DNA of 64,000 bases from Mobula hypostoma. Taxonomy: Eukaryota. Within the stretch, counting starts at the first letter, position 1. Every line of letters begins with the position of its first letter. This document shows positions 52,524 through 64,000 of this stretch, piece by piece. The notes beneath the pieces are model-generated. The model had not been told where the DNA came from. It was given only the letters and a program-made list of their open reading frames with translations, and did no database searches. The position numbers and the translations under genes were made by a program. The stretch covers positions 64,854,001 to 64,918,000 of the forward strand of contig NC_086097.1 of NCBI RefSeq assembly GCF_963921235.1, given 5' to 3'.

Positions 52524-53709
52524 GAAATGGAGAGTTCAGCTTTCATTTTCAGATATAGTCCTAGTAGAAATGGAGTTGAGAGACAAGTTGAACTCGTTCC
52601 ATGTCAATGGCATTTGAAATCAAGGAGGGCAGGTGACTGGCAAATGAGATACCGGCCCTTCCCAGACAGGGAGGGGTTACTATCACTTCTGTAACTACAG
52701 ATTAATTAATTCCATGTTCTCAAAAATAGCCATTGTGTATCCTATTCATGCCAGAGTAAAACCATTAATTTTTCACTCTCTAAATTAAGAAACCATAAAC
52801 TGGCAAGCCAGCGAGGGTCTGATTTTTATTTCCATGTTCAAATTTCAGGATTAGATTCACCTCTTAGTCTTAGAGTTGGCTTGTCAGGGAAACCTTAAGG
52901 ATAGGAAACTTTGATTGCTCAGAATGAGAGTAAACACTTGTGCGAGGAGGCAGAAATAAGTCATCAGTTTAACAGCTGTCCTATACCAACATCTGCAGGT
53001 TCACTCTCACTCAATGCCATACATCACTAGTACTAACACCAGAAATGAGAAACCTCACACCTTGGGAAAGACGTTGTAGTTGTGTGTATTGAAGTAATAG
53101 AGACATGCAGTATGAAAACAGGTCCCTTTATTCCCACTCTTTGCCTCCAAGCAATCAGCCAATGTACAATCCATGCCAGTATCTTTCCTGTAATACCATG
53201 AACTCTCAGCCACATGTGTGACACCTTGTCAAAGGCTTTCTGAAAATCCAAGCACACAACAACCAGCAATTCTCCTTTGTCTGTCCTGCTTGTTATTTCT
53301 TCAAAGAGTTCCAACAGATTTGTCAGGCCAGGTTTTAAATTAAGGAAACCATGCGGACTTCAGCCCATCTTACCATGTACCTCCAAGTACCCCAAAAACA
53401 CATCCTTAGCAGTCAATTCCAACATCTTCCCAACCACTAAGGTCGGACTAACTGACCCATAATTTCTTTCTGTCTCTCTCCCTTCTTGAAGAGTGGAGTG
53501 ACATTTGCAATTTTCCAGTCTTTTGGAACCATGCCAGAATGTATTGATTCTTGAAAAATCATTATTAATACAATCTCTTCAGCCATCTTTTTCAGAACCA
53601 TGGGGCTTAGACCATCTGTTCCAGGTGATTTATCTACCTTCAGACTTTTTAGTTTCCCAAGCAATTTCTCCCTAGTAATAGGAACAGCACACACTTCCTG
53701 ACACTCTCG

Positions 53710-54517
53710 TTTGATCTCATAGGACTAGATGTTTCAATCCCTTTAATAAGCAGATCCTCACTCGGGTCATAGCATAGAGATCTTGAGGTGGGACTTGGTG
53801 GATGACAGAGGTCATCACCCCTTTCTTAGATGTTTTGTCAATTTAAGCCCACTACATCTCCACAGGTCCCTAGTGCACTCCCTTCACATCTGGCCACCCA
53901 TGGGTCATTTTAGGGCCAGCTGCCGTCAGTCCTCTCATCCATAACCTGTGGCTGCTTCGCACTGCTACGTCCAAGAATTCTTTTATAGCTCGGCACTGGC
54001 CCTGGCCTCGGACCCCCAATCCCTTCCGCAATCGGATCATGGAAGTAGTCACAAATCCTCTACAACCAAGCTGTACTGGGAAAATCTGCACCTTCCATCC
54101 ACACAGCTTAGCGTCTGCGGCCAGCTCAGCCAATCGTACGTGTTCCAGCTCATAGTCCTCGCAGACTGCATCTTCCCAGGGCACCATGAGCTCTGAGATT
54201 ACTACAGCCTTCAGACTGCTGGACCACAAGACCAAATCTGGTCTGAGGGTGGTAGTGGCTATCTCTGGGGGGAAATATTAGCCTTTTGTCAAGGTCGACA
54301 GCCATGTTCCAGTCACGAGCAGGCTCCAGTATGCTCGACGCCAACCGTGTCTCTGAGGGTGGCACTGTCTGTCCTTGCCAGACCAAGGGGATGGTGGTTC
54401 TTCCAGTCATATGGGGCTTGGAGTTATTATCCGGCCTTTGCTTCTCCACAATGGATGCCAAACATCTGAGGACCTGGTTGTGCCTCCATGTGTATCATCC
54501 TCGAGTGAGGCTTACAT
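53710..54517 (-). mobile_element. 3' fragment of a restriction-like-endonuclease non-LTR element (Hero-like)
   Basis: YTWRHNQVL, ELMVPWED, GWKVQIFPVQLGCRGF motifs. Confidence 0.8.
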
Positions 54518-54672
54518 CTAGAGTCTTCCACAGTGGAGAATGATGCAAAATACTTATTCAGCTTATCCTCCATTTGCTTGTCCCATTACTATCTTTCCAG
54601 TGTTATTTTCCAGTGGTCTAACACCTACCCTTACCTCCTTTTTACTCTTTTTCTATCTGAAAAGGGATGCAT

Positions 54673-54850
54673 GGGGTGCATGGGAGGGGTAGCACCTCTA
54701 GATGGGGGGCTTGTTGCACTCCTTGAAGTGGCTCGTCATTGTCCCCACCAATGCCCAGCTCTCACCTGTGGCTCCTCGTAGCTGTTTGCATGCGACAGCG
54801 GCCACACCCTGGGCAACGGCTTCGACAGGCCGGCTAAACCAGGTGAGGGT
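54673..54850 (+). ncRNA. HDV-like self-cleaving ribozyme fold at the RTE 5' end
   Basis: P1 GGGGUGC/ACACCCU, P2 54758-69/54838-50, P3 GGC/GCC, L3 UCCUCG, P1.1 GG then GCAA, P4 CGGCUU/AGGCCG, J4/2 GCUAA with catalytic-position C54834. Confidence 0.82.
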
Positions 54851-55489
54851 AGCCGACGGGTCTGCAACCCTTGCTGAGATAGGAATTTGCTCATCCCAGC
54901 ATGCGAAGACTGCTTCGGTGGATCAGGCGGAGGAAACCCCAGGGGTTCAACAGCTGAGAAGGCATTGCAGCAGCGCATTGTGGTGTGTGTAGGGCGCAGC
55001 AGAGCTCTTAAGAAGACGCGGCCACCCAATGCAGCCAAGGAAGTTGCCAGATGTAACAATTCTTCGTGCCACTGGATCCTGACTTCTGAGGCTGAGAGAG
55101 TGGGATCGTCTCCGTGCAAGGCTTTTCCATTTTAATACCTTTCACGCACTGGTTACACTGTGCAATATTCATCCTCCAACTTTCAATTCCTACCAGTCTT
55201 CCACAAATCCTACAACGAGGGGGGGGAGTGGCAAAGCAACAGGTGGAGGTGACCACTGGGAGTTGTAGTCACAAACCCGCACGTAGGCCGCCTTTGGACA
55301 AGTGGTCGTTCTCCTCTGTACCCACGGCAGCAGAGGGGTCCAGCAACACCAGTGGTGACTGAGCAGCCCTTTTCAGGACAGCACTGCTCACCTTTTGATA
55401 GGGAGGGGCCTAGAAAAGGTGGCTTAAACATTGCCTACCCTACAGACAGATAACTGGCCAGCTTGCCACGGCTGGCAGTTCATCCGCCA

Positions 55490-58400
55490 ATGTGGTTACA
55501 CTCAAAGGAGAAGAAAGAAACTTCTGTTAGAATCATGGAATGTCCGCACACTCATGGACAGAGAGAACTCAGCAAGACCCCAGAGAAGAATAGCCCTGTT
55601 GCCAAGGAACTTTCACGCTACAACATCAACATCACAGCCCTAAGTGAAACCAGGCTTGCAGAGGAAAGATCCCTGACTGAAACCACCAGCAGCTACACTT
55701 CGTTTTGGAAAGGAAAAGGGCAAGATGAAGAGAGGATTCATGGAGTTGGATTTGCAGTCAAGCCCAGCTTCCTGAAACAACCCTCCGACCTGCCCATGGG
55801 AATCAACGAAAGGCTTATGTGGCTACATCTGCCCCTCAGCCACAAACATCACACAACAGTCATCAGTGCTTCTGCCCCCACCATGACCAGCAACTACGAG
55901 ACCATTGAACAGTTCTACGCCGACCTTAGCTCTGTTCGGTGGTCAGTCCCTGCCAACAACGAACTAATCCTGCTCAGTGACTTCAATACCCGAGTAGGCT
56001 GCGATCACAGTCACTGGGAAGGAGTTCTAGACAAACATGGTGTTGGCGATATGAACAGCAATGGCCTCTTGCTCCTTAGCAAATGTGCAGAATACGATCT
56101 CCTCATCACAAACACAGTGTTCAGGCTGGCGAACAAGTACAAGACAACATGGATGCACTCAGGAATCAAACATTGGCACATGATCGACTACGTTATAGTA
56201 CATCACCGAGACATCCGGGATGTCCTCATCGCCAGAGCCATGCGAGGAGTGGAGTACTCGACTGACCACAGGCTTGTCCACACCACATTGAAGCTACGTA
56301 TTGCTCCCCACCATCCCAAGCACCCTAAGTTCATCAGAACAGCTTTTAACACTGCCAGACTCCAAGAGCCGTTGTATCTTCGCAAGTTCCAGACCACCCT
56401 TGTTGAGGAGCTGTCTGCCAAAGGACCACTAACTGGTGGGCCAACCCAGAAGTGGAATCAGTTTAGAGAGATGGTAACGGAGACAGCAAAATCAGTCCTC
56501 GACCCCAAGGACCGGAACCAGCAAGATTGGTTTGACGAGAATAACAGTGCCATCAAAGATCTCCTGGCCAGGAAGAACAAAGCATTCATGGAGTGACAAA
56601 ACGACCCAAGCTCCATTCCCAAAAAAGAGCAGCTCAAGTCCCTTCAGGCCCATGCCCAACTGGAAAATCGCAAGATGCACGACCTGTGGTGGGATAGGAA
56701 AGCTGAAGAGGTGCAACGCTTCGCCGACATCAAGATGGTCTTCGGCCCCTCAAGATCTGGCTCATCTCCACTGTTGTCCACTGATGGAACCACACTGCTA
56801 GAGGACAAAGAGAGCATCCAACACAGATGGAAAGAGCATTTCAGACAGCTCCTGAACCGCCCTTCATCGGTCGATCAGTGTGCTCTGGACCAAATCCCCC
56901 AACAACCTATTCATGAGGAACTAGATTATCCTCCCTCGATAGATGAAGTCAAGAAGGTTATCACGCAGATGAGTAGTGGCAAGGATGGAATACCTGCTGA
57001 ACTGTACAAGGCACTCAGCAAGGAATCACTTGAGACTTTCCACAGCACCCTGACTAACATTTGGGAAGAAGAAGAGATGCCCCTGACCTCAGAGATGCAA
57101 CGATAATCGCCCTCTACAAAAATAAAGGTTCAAGGACTGACTGCGGGAACTGCAGAGGCATCTCACTACTTTCCATTGCCGGAAAAATCCTCGCCCGCAT
57201 CATCCTCAACAGACTGATTCCAACAGTGTTAGAAGAGAACCTTCCCAAGTCACAATGCGGCTTTTGTCCTGAACGCAGCACTGTCGACATGATCTTCGCA
57301 GTGAGACAGATACAGGAGAAGTACCTGGAACAGAACATGACATTGTACTCTGTCTTCATTGATCTGACGAAGGCGTTTGACACGGTCAACAGAAACATGC
57401 TGTGGATCATCCTTAGAAAGCTTGGCTGCCCGCAGAAATTCACTACACTCATCCACCTGCTCCACGATGGCATGACAGGAGAAGTGTTCTCAGACGGTTC
57501 CCCATCTGAGGCTTTCAACATCTCAAATGGCGTGAAGCAAGGGTGCATTCTAGCACCAGTGCTCTTCAACCTCTTCTTCACCCAAATGCTGAAGCATGCA
57601 GTTAAGGACCTAGATCTGGGTATTTACATAAGATATCACCTCGACAGATCGATGTTTGACCTGAGACGCCTTGCTGCAAAGACCAAAATGTTGAGGAGGC
57701 TCATCACTGAAGCCCTGTTTGCTGATGACTGTGCCCTCATGGCCCACCAGGAGAACCACCTGCAGACAATTGTCGACAAGTTCTCCGCAGCCTCAAAGCT
57801 GTTCAGCCTGACAATCAGCCTCAGTAAGACAGAAGTTCTACCACCTGCACCAAACAGTCACCCTCCTCAGCTATGCATCACCATCGATGGCACTGTCCTG
57901 AAGAATGTGGAGAGCTTCAAGTAGCTAGGAAGCTATATCTCCAGTGATGGACCCCTTGACAAAGAGATCATAGCAAGGATCCAGAAAGCCAGCCAGGCAC
58001 TTGGGAAACTCCGTGTCAAAGTTCTGGAGCACAAGGACATTCAGCTTCCAACCAAGCTCAAGGTGTACAAGGCTGTGGTTCTCACCTCTCTCTTGTACGG
58101 CTGCAAAATCTGGACCCTGTACCACAGGCACATCAAACAGCTGCAACAGCTTAACACGCGCTCTCTGCGGTCGATCATGAGGATTCGATGGCAGGACCGA
58201 ATTACCAACCAGGAAGTCCTTGACAGAGCCAACAGCACAGGCATTGAGGCAAGGATCCTCCAGGCCCAGATACGCTGGACTGGCCATGTAATCCGCATGG
58301 GTGAAACAAGAATCCCCAGGCAGCTGCTCTACGGTGAGCTTGAACATGGCAGTCGCAATCTGGGCCGCCCCAAATAAAGATCCAAAGACAATCTGAAATT

Positions 58401-58656
58401 GTGCATCAAATGGGCAGACCTCCAACCTCGACAACTTGAGGAGTCCGCAGCCGACAGGGCTGCATGGCACGCCCTGACCAGAAAAGCTGCATCTGACTTT
58501 GAGGATGACCGAAATCAGCGCCTTGCAGCAGCATGAGACCGACACCACAAAGCTGTGTATGCACCTGTTCTAACAACTGCCATTCCATGTCCAACCTGCA
58601 ACCGTATGTGTGCTTTGGCCTTTGGCCTCCAAAGCCACATGCATATCCACAGATGA
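55490..58656 (+). pseudogene. RTE ORF (APE endonuclease + RT + C-terminal C2H2 finger), several frameshifts and stops
   Basis: WNVRTL, ALSETR, DFNTRVG, IDYV, TDHRLV, RGISLLS, FIDLTKAFD, GVKQGC, LFADD, RWTGHVIRM, CPTC..HMHIH. Confidence 0.93.
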
Positions 58657-60554
58657 CTGCACAATGTTTAGTCTTCCTCGGACCCCGAGAGACACCCACC
58701 TATCCGAAAAAACTTTTGATAACCTCTTTGATATTTTGGTCGGCTTACCTTTGTATTCCGTATTTTCTATCTTTACGACCTTTTAATACTGATACATCTG
58801 ACTTTAGCTTCTCCCTCTCAAATTGCAGGGTGAATTCTATCATATCTGTCCCTGAAGAGTTCCTTTAACTTAAGCTCTTTAATCAATTCTAGTGCAGTGC
58901 ACAACAATCCAAGGACTGTATATAATTCCAATTAGGATCTTTTTACCCTTGCAGTTTCGTAACTCTACCCAGAAGGATTCTACATCTTCCGATAATATGT
59001 AACCTCTTTCTAAGGATTTGATTTCATTTTTACCAACAGAGCCACTTCACTTGCTCTGCCTACCTGCCTGCCCTTTCAATACAATGTGTACCTTGGATGT
59101 TAAGCTCCTAACTATAAGCTTTTGTCAGCTGTGACTCAGTGATGCCCACAATGTCATACCTGCCAATCTCTAACTGTACTACGAGTTAATCTACTTTATT
59201 CCAAAGCATTCAAAAATAACACCTTCAGTCCTGTATTTATCACCCTTTTTGATTTTGTCCCCCTTGCATTCCAACTCATCTCATTGACTGCAACTTTGCC
59301 CCATGATCCTGTTCTTACCAGCAGTCTCACTACTCACTGCCTGTTTATAAACCAACTGCCCCACCTCAGCACCATCACTCCAGTTCCCATGCCCCTGCCA
59401 AATTAGTTTAAACTCTCCTGAACAGGTAGCAAACCTGTCCACGAGAATATTGGTCCCCCTTGAGCTCAGGTGTAACCCATCCCTTTTGTACCTTCCCCAG
59501 AAGCGATCCCAATGATCCATAAATCTGAACCCCTGCCCTCTGCACCAGTTCCTCAGCCACACATTCATCTGCCAAATCATCCTATTCTTAGCTTACTGGG
59601 ACGTGGGACAGGCTCCAATCCAGAGATTACTACCCTGGTGGTCCTGCTGTTCAGCTTTCTACCTAGCTCCCTAAAATCCGTCTTCAGGACCTTCTTGCCT
59701 TTCCTAGCTATGTCGTTTGTACCAATATGTACCAAAACTTCCAGCTGCAAATCCTTCCCCTTTAGAATGCCATGGACCTGATCTGAGACAGTCCTGTCTC
59801 CATCACCCGGGAGGCAACATACCATCTAGGTGTCTCTATCATGTCTACAGAATCTCATCTCTATTTCTCTAACTATGGAATCTCCTATCAACACTGCAGT
59901 CCTCTTCACCTCTCTTCTCTTCTGAGCCACAGCCCCAGACTCAGTGCCAGAGACCCAGTCACTGTAGCTCCCCCATCCACCACCCCCCATCCTCCCACAG
60001 ACGGTCCCACTCAACAGTATCCAAAATGGCATACTTATTATTGAGAGGAGTGGCCACAAGGCTGCCCATTTCCCTTCTTCTCCTGACAGTCACCCAGTTA
60101 CCTGCCTCCTGCAATTTAGGGGTGATTACCTCCCTGTAGCTCATATCTTTCATTTCCTTAGTCTCCCGTGTGCACGGAGTATCAGCTCCAGTTCCTTAAC
60201 ATGTTCTCTGAGGAGCTGCAACTCGGTGCGTGCAGATGTGGTTATCTGGGAGGCTGTAGGTCTCCCAGAATTCCCAATTCTTAAACAAAGAACATAATAC
60301 TGCCCCTGGAGTCATCCTCTCTGCTCTAACAGATGAGGAATGAACAATAAAGAAGAAGAAGCTTACCAGATACTTACCTTGCCCAAGCCTGATGAGCCAA
60401 AGCCACCCCACTCCAACATTGGCCCATTCACACAGTGGCCGCTCTGCTTGCTCCTGCCTTGTTTTTATTTGCCCGTTCACTGATTGGTCACAGTTCAAGC
60501 TCTGAAATCTGCCATGAAGTGCTGCTTTTTTAACCTTTAATCATGGACCTTTTT

Positions 60555-63500
60555 TTTCGCTCCCTTTGTCCATTCATCCTTCCCCACTAATCTCCCACCT
60601 GGCACATATCCTTGCAAACAACACCTGCCCATTTACTTCCTCCCTTACCTCCATTCAGGGCTGCAAACAAGATGGGGCAACACTTCACCTGCGAATCTGT
60701 TTTGGGTCATCTATTGTATCCAGTGCTCCCGATGTGGCCTCCTCTACATTGGTGAGACCTGATGCATATTAAGGGACTGCTTGGTCAAACACCTTCGCTC
60801 TATCCGCCAAATTTGGAATTTCCCAATGGATAACCATTTTAATTTCTCTCCCCATTCCTGTTCCGACATGTTAGTCCACAGTCTCCTCTTTTGCCATGAT
60901 GAGGCCACTCTCAGGTAGAAGAGTTCCTCATATTCTGTCTAGGTGGCCTCCAACCTGATGGCATGAACATCGATTTCTACTTCTGTTAATTTTATTTCCC
61001 TCCCCTTTTCTTATATTTCCCACTCTGGTGTCTTATTTCTTCTCCTCTCCTGCTTATCACCTTCCCAAAGTGCCTTTTTTTCTTCCTTTTCTCCTATGTT
61101 CCACCCTCCTCGCCTATCAGATTCCTTCCCTTCCAGCCCTTTACCTTTCCCAAGTAGCTGGCTTCATAGAAACCATAGAAACCATAGAAACTACAGCACA
61201 GAAACAGGCCTTTTGGCCCTTCTTGGCTGTGCTGAACCATTTTCTGCCTAGCCCACTGACCTGCACACGGACCATATCCCTCCATACACCTCCCATCCAT
61301 GTATCTGTCCAATTTATTCTTAAATGTTAAAAAAGAACCCGCATTTACCACCTCTTCTGGCAGCTCATTCCATACTCCCACCACTCTCTGTGTGAAGAAG
61401 CCCCCCCTAATGTTCCCTTTAAACTTTTCCCCCCTCACCCTTAACCCATGTCCTCTGGTTTTTTTCTCCCCTTGCCTCAGTGGAAAAAGCCTGCTTGCAT
61501 TCACTCTATCTATACCCATCATATTTTATATACCTCTATGAGATCTTCCCTCATTCTTCTACGCTCCAGGGAATAAAGTCCTAACCTATTCAACCTTTCT
61601 CTGTAACGGAGTTTCTCAAGTCCCGGCAACATCCTTGTAAACCTTCTCTGCACTCTTTCAACCTTATTTATATCCTTCCTGTAATTTGGTGACCAAAACT
61701 GATCACAATACTCCAGATTCGGCCTCACCAATACCTTATACAACCTCATCATAACATTCCAGCTCTTATACTCAATACTTTGATTAATAAAGGCCAATGT
61801 ACCAAAAGCTCTCTTTACGACCCTATCTACCTGTGACGACACTTTTAGGGAATTTTGTATCTGTATTCCCAGATCCCTCTGTTCCACTGCACTCCTCAGT
61901 GCCTTACCATTAACCCTGTATGTTCTACGTTGGTTTGTCCGTCCAATGTGCAATACCTCACACTTGTCAGTATTAAACTCCATCTGCCATTTTTCAGCCC
62001 ATTTTTCCAGCTGGTCCAAGTCCCTCTGCAGGCTCTGAAAACCTTCCTCACTGTCTACTACACCTCCAATCTTTGTATCATAGCAAACTTGCTGATCCAA
62101 TTTACCACATTATCATCCAGATCATTGATATAGGTGACAAATAACAATGGACCCAGCACTGATCCCTGTGGCACACCACTAGTCACAGGTCTCCACTCAG
62201 AGAAGCAATTCTCTACCACCACTCTCCGGCTTCTTCCATTGAGCCAATGTCTAATCCAATTTACCACCTCTCCATGTATACCTAGCAACTGAATTTTCCT
62301 AACTAACCTCCCATGTGGGACCTTGTCAAAGGCCTTACTGAAGTCCATGTAGACAATATCCACTGCCTTCCCTTCATCCACTTTCCTGGTAACCTCCTCA
62401 AAAAACTCCAATAGATTGGTCAAACATGACCTACCACGCACAAAGCCATGTTGACTCTCCCTAATAAGTCCCTGTCTATCCAAATGCTTGTAGATCCTGT
62501 CTCTTTGTACTCCCTCCAATAACTTACCTACTACCAACGTTAAACTCACCGGCCTATAATTTCCCGGATTACTTTTCGATCCTTTTTTAAACAACGGAAC
62601 AACATGAGCTACTCTCCAATCCTCCGGCACTTCACCCATAGACAGCGACATTTTAAATATTTCTGCCAGGGCCCCTGTAATTTCAACACTAGTCTCCCTC
62701 AAGGTCCGAGGGAACACTCTGCCAGGTCCCGGGGATTTATCCACTTTAATTTTCCTCAAGACAGCAAGCACCTCCTCCTTTTCAATCTGTACAGTTTCCA
62801 TGATCTCACTGCTTGATTCCCTCAATTCCATAGACTTCATGCCAGTTTCCTTAGTAAATACAGAGGCAAAAAAACCAATTTAAGATCTCCCCCATTTCCT
62901 TCGGTTCCGCACATAGCCGACCACTCTGATCTTCAAGAGGACCAATTTTTTCCTTACAATCCTTTTGCTCTTAATATACTTGTAAAAGCTCTTTGGATTA
63001 TCCTTCACTTTGACTGCCAAGGCAACCCCATGTCTTCTTTTAGACCTCCTGATTTCTTTCTTAAGTATTTTCTTGCACTTCTTATACTCCTCAAGCACCT
63101 GATTTACTCCCTGTTTCCTATACATTTCATACAACTCCCTCTTCTTCTTTATCAGAGTTGCAATATCCCTTGAGAACCAAGGTTCCTTATTCCTATTCAA
63201 TTTGCCTTTAATCCTGACAGGAACATACAAACTCTGCACTCTCAAAATTTCCCCTTTGAAGGCTTCCCACCTACCAAAGACATCTTTGCCGGAGAACAAC
63301 CTGTCCCAATCCACGCTTTTTAGATCCTTTCTCATTTCTTCAAATTTGGCCTTCTTCCAGTTCAACCTCAACCCTAGGACCAGATCTATCCTTGTCCATG
63401 ATCAAATTGAAACTAATGGTGTTATGATCACTGGAACCAAAGTGCTCCCCTACACAGACTTCCGTCACTTGTCCTAACTCGTTTCCTAACAGGAGATCCA

Positions 63501-63790
63501 ATATTGCATCCCCTCTAGTTGGTCCCTCTATATATTGATTTAGAAAACTTTCCTGAACACATTTTACAAACTCTAAACCATCTATCACCTTCTAGCTATC
63601 CTCTTTTCCCTCTCCATACCCCTTTTTTCTGCATCTTCCCCCTTCGTCGCTTGTCCTGAAGAATGGTCTCAGCCCAAAATGTCGACTGTTTATTCATTTC
63701 CAGAGATGCTGCCTGACCTCCTGAGTTCCTCCAGCATTTTGAGTGTGTTGCTCTTGATTTCCCTCATCTGTAGAATCTCTTGTGTTTTTG
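60555..63790 (+). mobile_element. Decayed Penelope 3' fragment (60555-61165 and 63582-63790) split by a CR1 insertion; degenerate hammerhead at 63653-63687
   Basis: GIY-YIG remnants (VIYCIQCSRCGLLYIGET); gtcCTGAAGAatggtctcagcccaaaatGTCgact. Confidence 0.8.
61165..63581 (-). mobile_element. 5'-truncated CR1 LINE (ORF2 with few frameshifts)
   Basis: (catagaaac)3 tail; SDHN, DWRVAHVVPLFKKG, YMDFSKAFD, GVPQGSVLGP, WQMEFN. Confidence 0.93.
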
Positions 63791-64000
63791 TTTCCATACC
63801 CTATCTCTCTATAATTGTATAATTGACTGACTGACACATGAGTTTGACAACAAACTTGCAAATTTCACATTGCATTCTTTGAATGAAATTGAAATGGGGA
63901 ATCGACACTGAAAGCTATGAAACTATTAAGAAAAAAACTTGCTTTACATCACCCAGTCAGGTTTACCCAGGTATTTAATGGCAACCAGTTTACTCTCCAT

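Larger units (their letters stand above)
54664..58699 (+). mobile_element. Full-length RTE-clade LINE
   Basis: 11-bp TSD CTATCTGAAAA / CTATCCGAAAA (54653-54663, 58700-58710); about 830-nt 5'UTR; single APE-RT ORF; short 3'UTR. Confidence 0.93.
53120..60500 (-). mobile_element. Decayed CR1 LINE (5'UTR, ORF1 esterase, partial ORF2) hosting Hero and RTE insertions
   Basis: ORF1 remnants LIGDSIVR, VCCLPG, HIGTND, DGLHL (59400-60315); ORF2 DKSPGTDG, DWKIANVTPLFKKG, LDFQKAFDKV (53120-53700). Confidence 0.85.

Noticed and set aside
52524..52546. Apparent N-terminus MKAELSIS of the 436-aa Penelope ORF
   Set aside because: Lies in the TSD and flanking DNA; the element is 5'-truncated, so this is not a complete gene
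57925..58548. 207-aa minus-strand ORF, and 57114-57581
   Set aside because: Antisense shadows of the RTE RT coding region
63653..63687. Hammerhead copies at 63653, 3350, 3891, 22081 and 22984 as active ribozymes
   Set aside because: Core CUGANGA or GAAAC/GUH positions are mutated; treated as decayed copies
1..64000. CRISPR arrays, prokaryotic operons, tRNA or rRNA genes
   Set aside because: No regularly spaced repeats or recognisable structural RNA genes; the sequence is eukaryotic repeat-rich DNA, and the short tandem units are LINE 3' tails

Overview
Eukaryotic, transposon-dense genomic DNA. The mix of CR1, Rex-Babar, RTE, Hero, Penelope, Gypsy and Tc1 suggests a vertebrate, probably a cartilaginous fish (inference). 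No host protein-coding exon could be recognised, and nearly all ORF-track hits are decayed transposon fragments or their antisense shadows. Main elements: a full-length CR1 LINE with TSD (6508-12039) interrupted by a partly inverted Penelope element; two decayed Gypsy LTR elements; a complete but defective IR/DR Tc1 nested in a roughly 8 kb Rex-Babar pile-up; a Penelope copy with RT + GIY-YIG and a 10-bp TSD; and a full-length RTE LINE with an 11-bp TSD plus a Hero fragment, both nested in a second CR1. The most interesting hidden structure is catalytic RNA: (1) an HDV-like self-cleaving ribozyme fold at the 5' end of the RTE element (54673-54850), with an unusual hairpin inserted in L3, and (2) minimal hammerhead ribozyme motifs in the Penelope termini, also spread as tiny TSD-flanked or inverted non-coding insertions. 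Several repeat-free AT-rich stretches may hold conserved non-coding elements, but that cannot be shown from this sequence alone.
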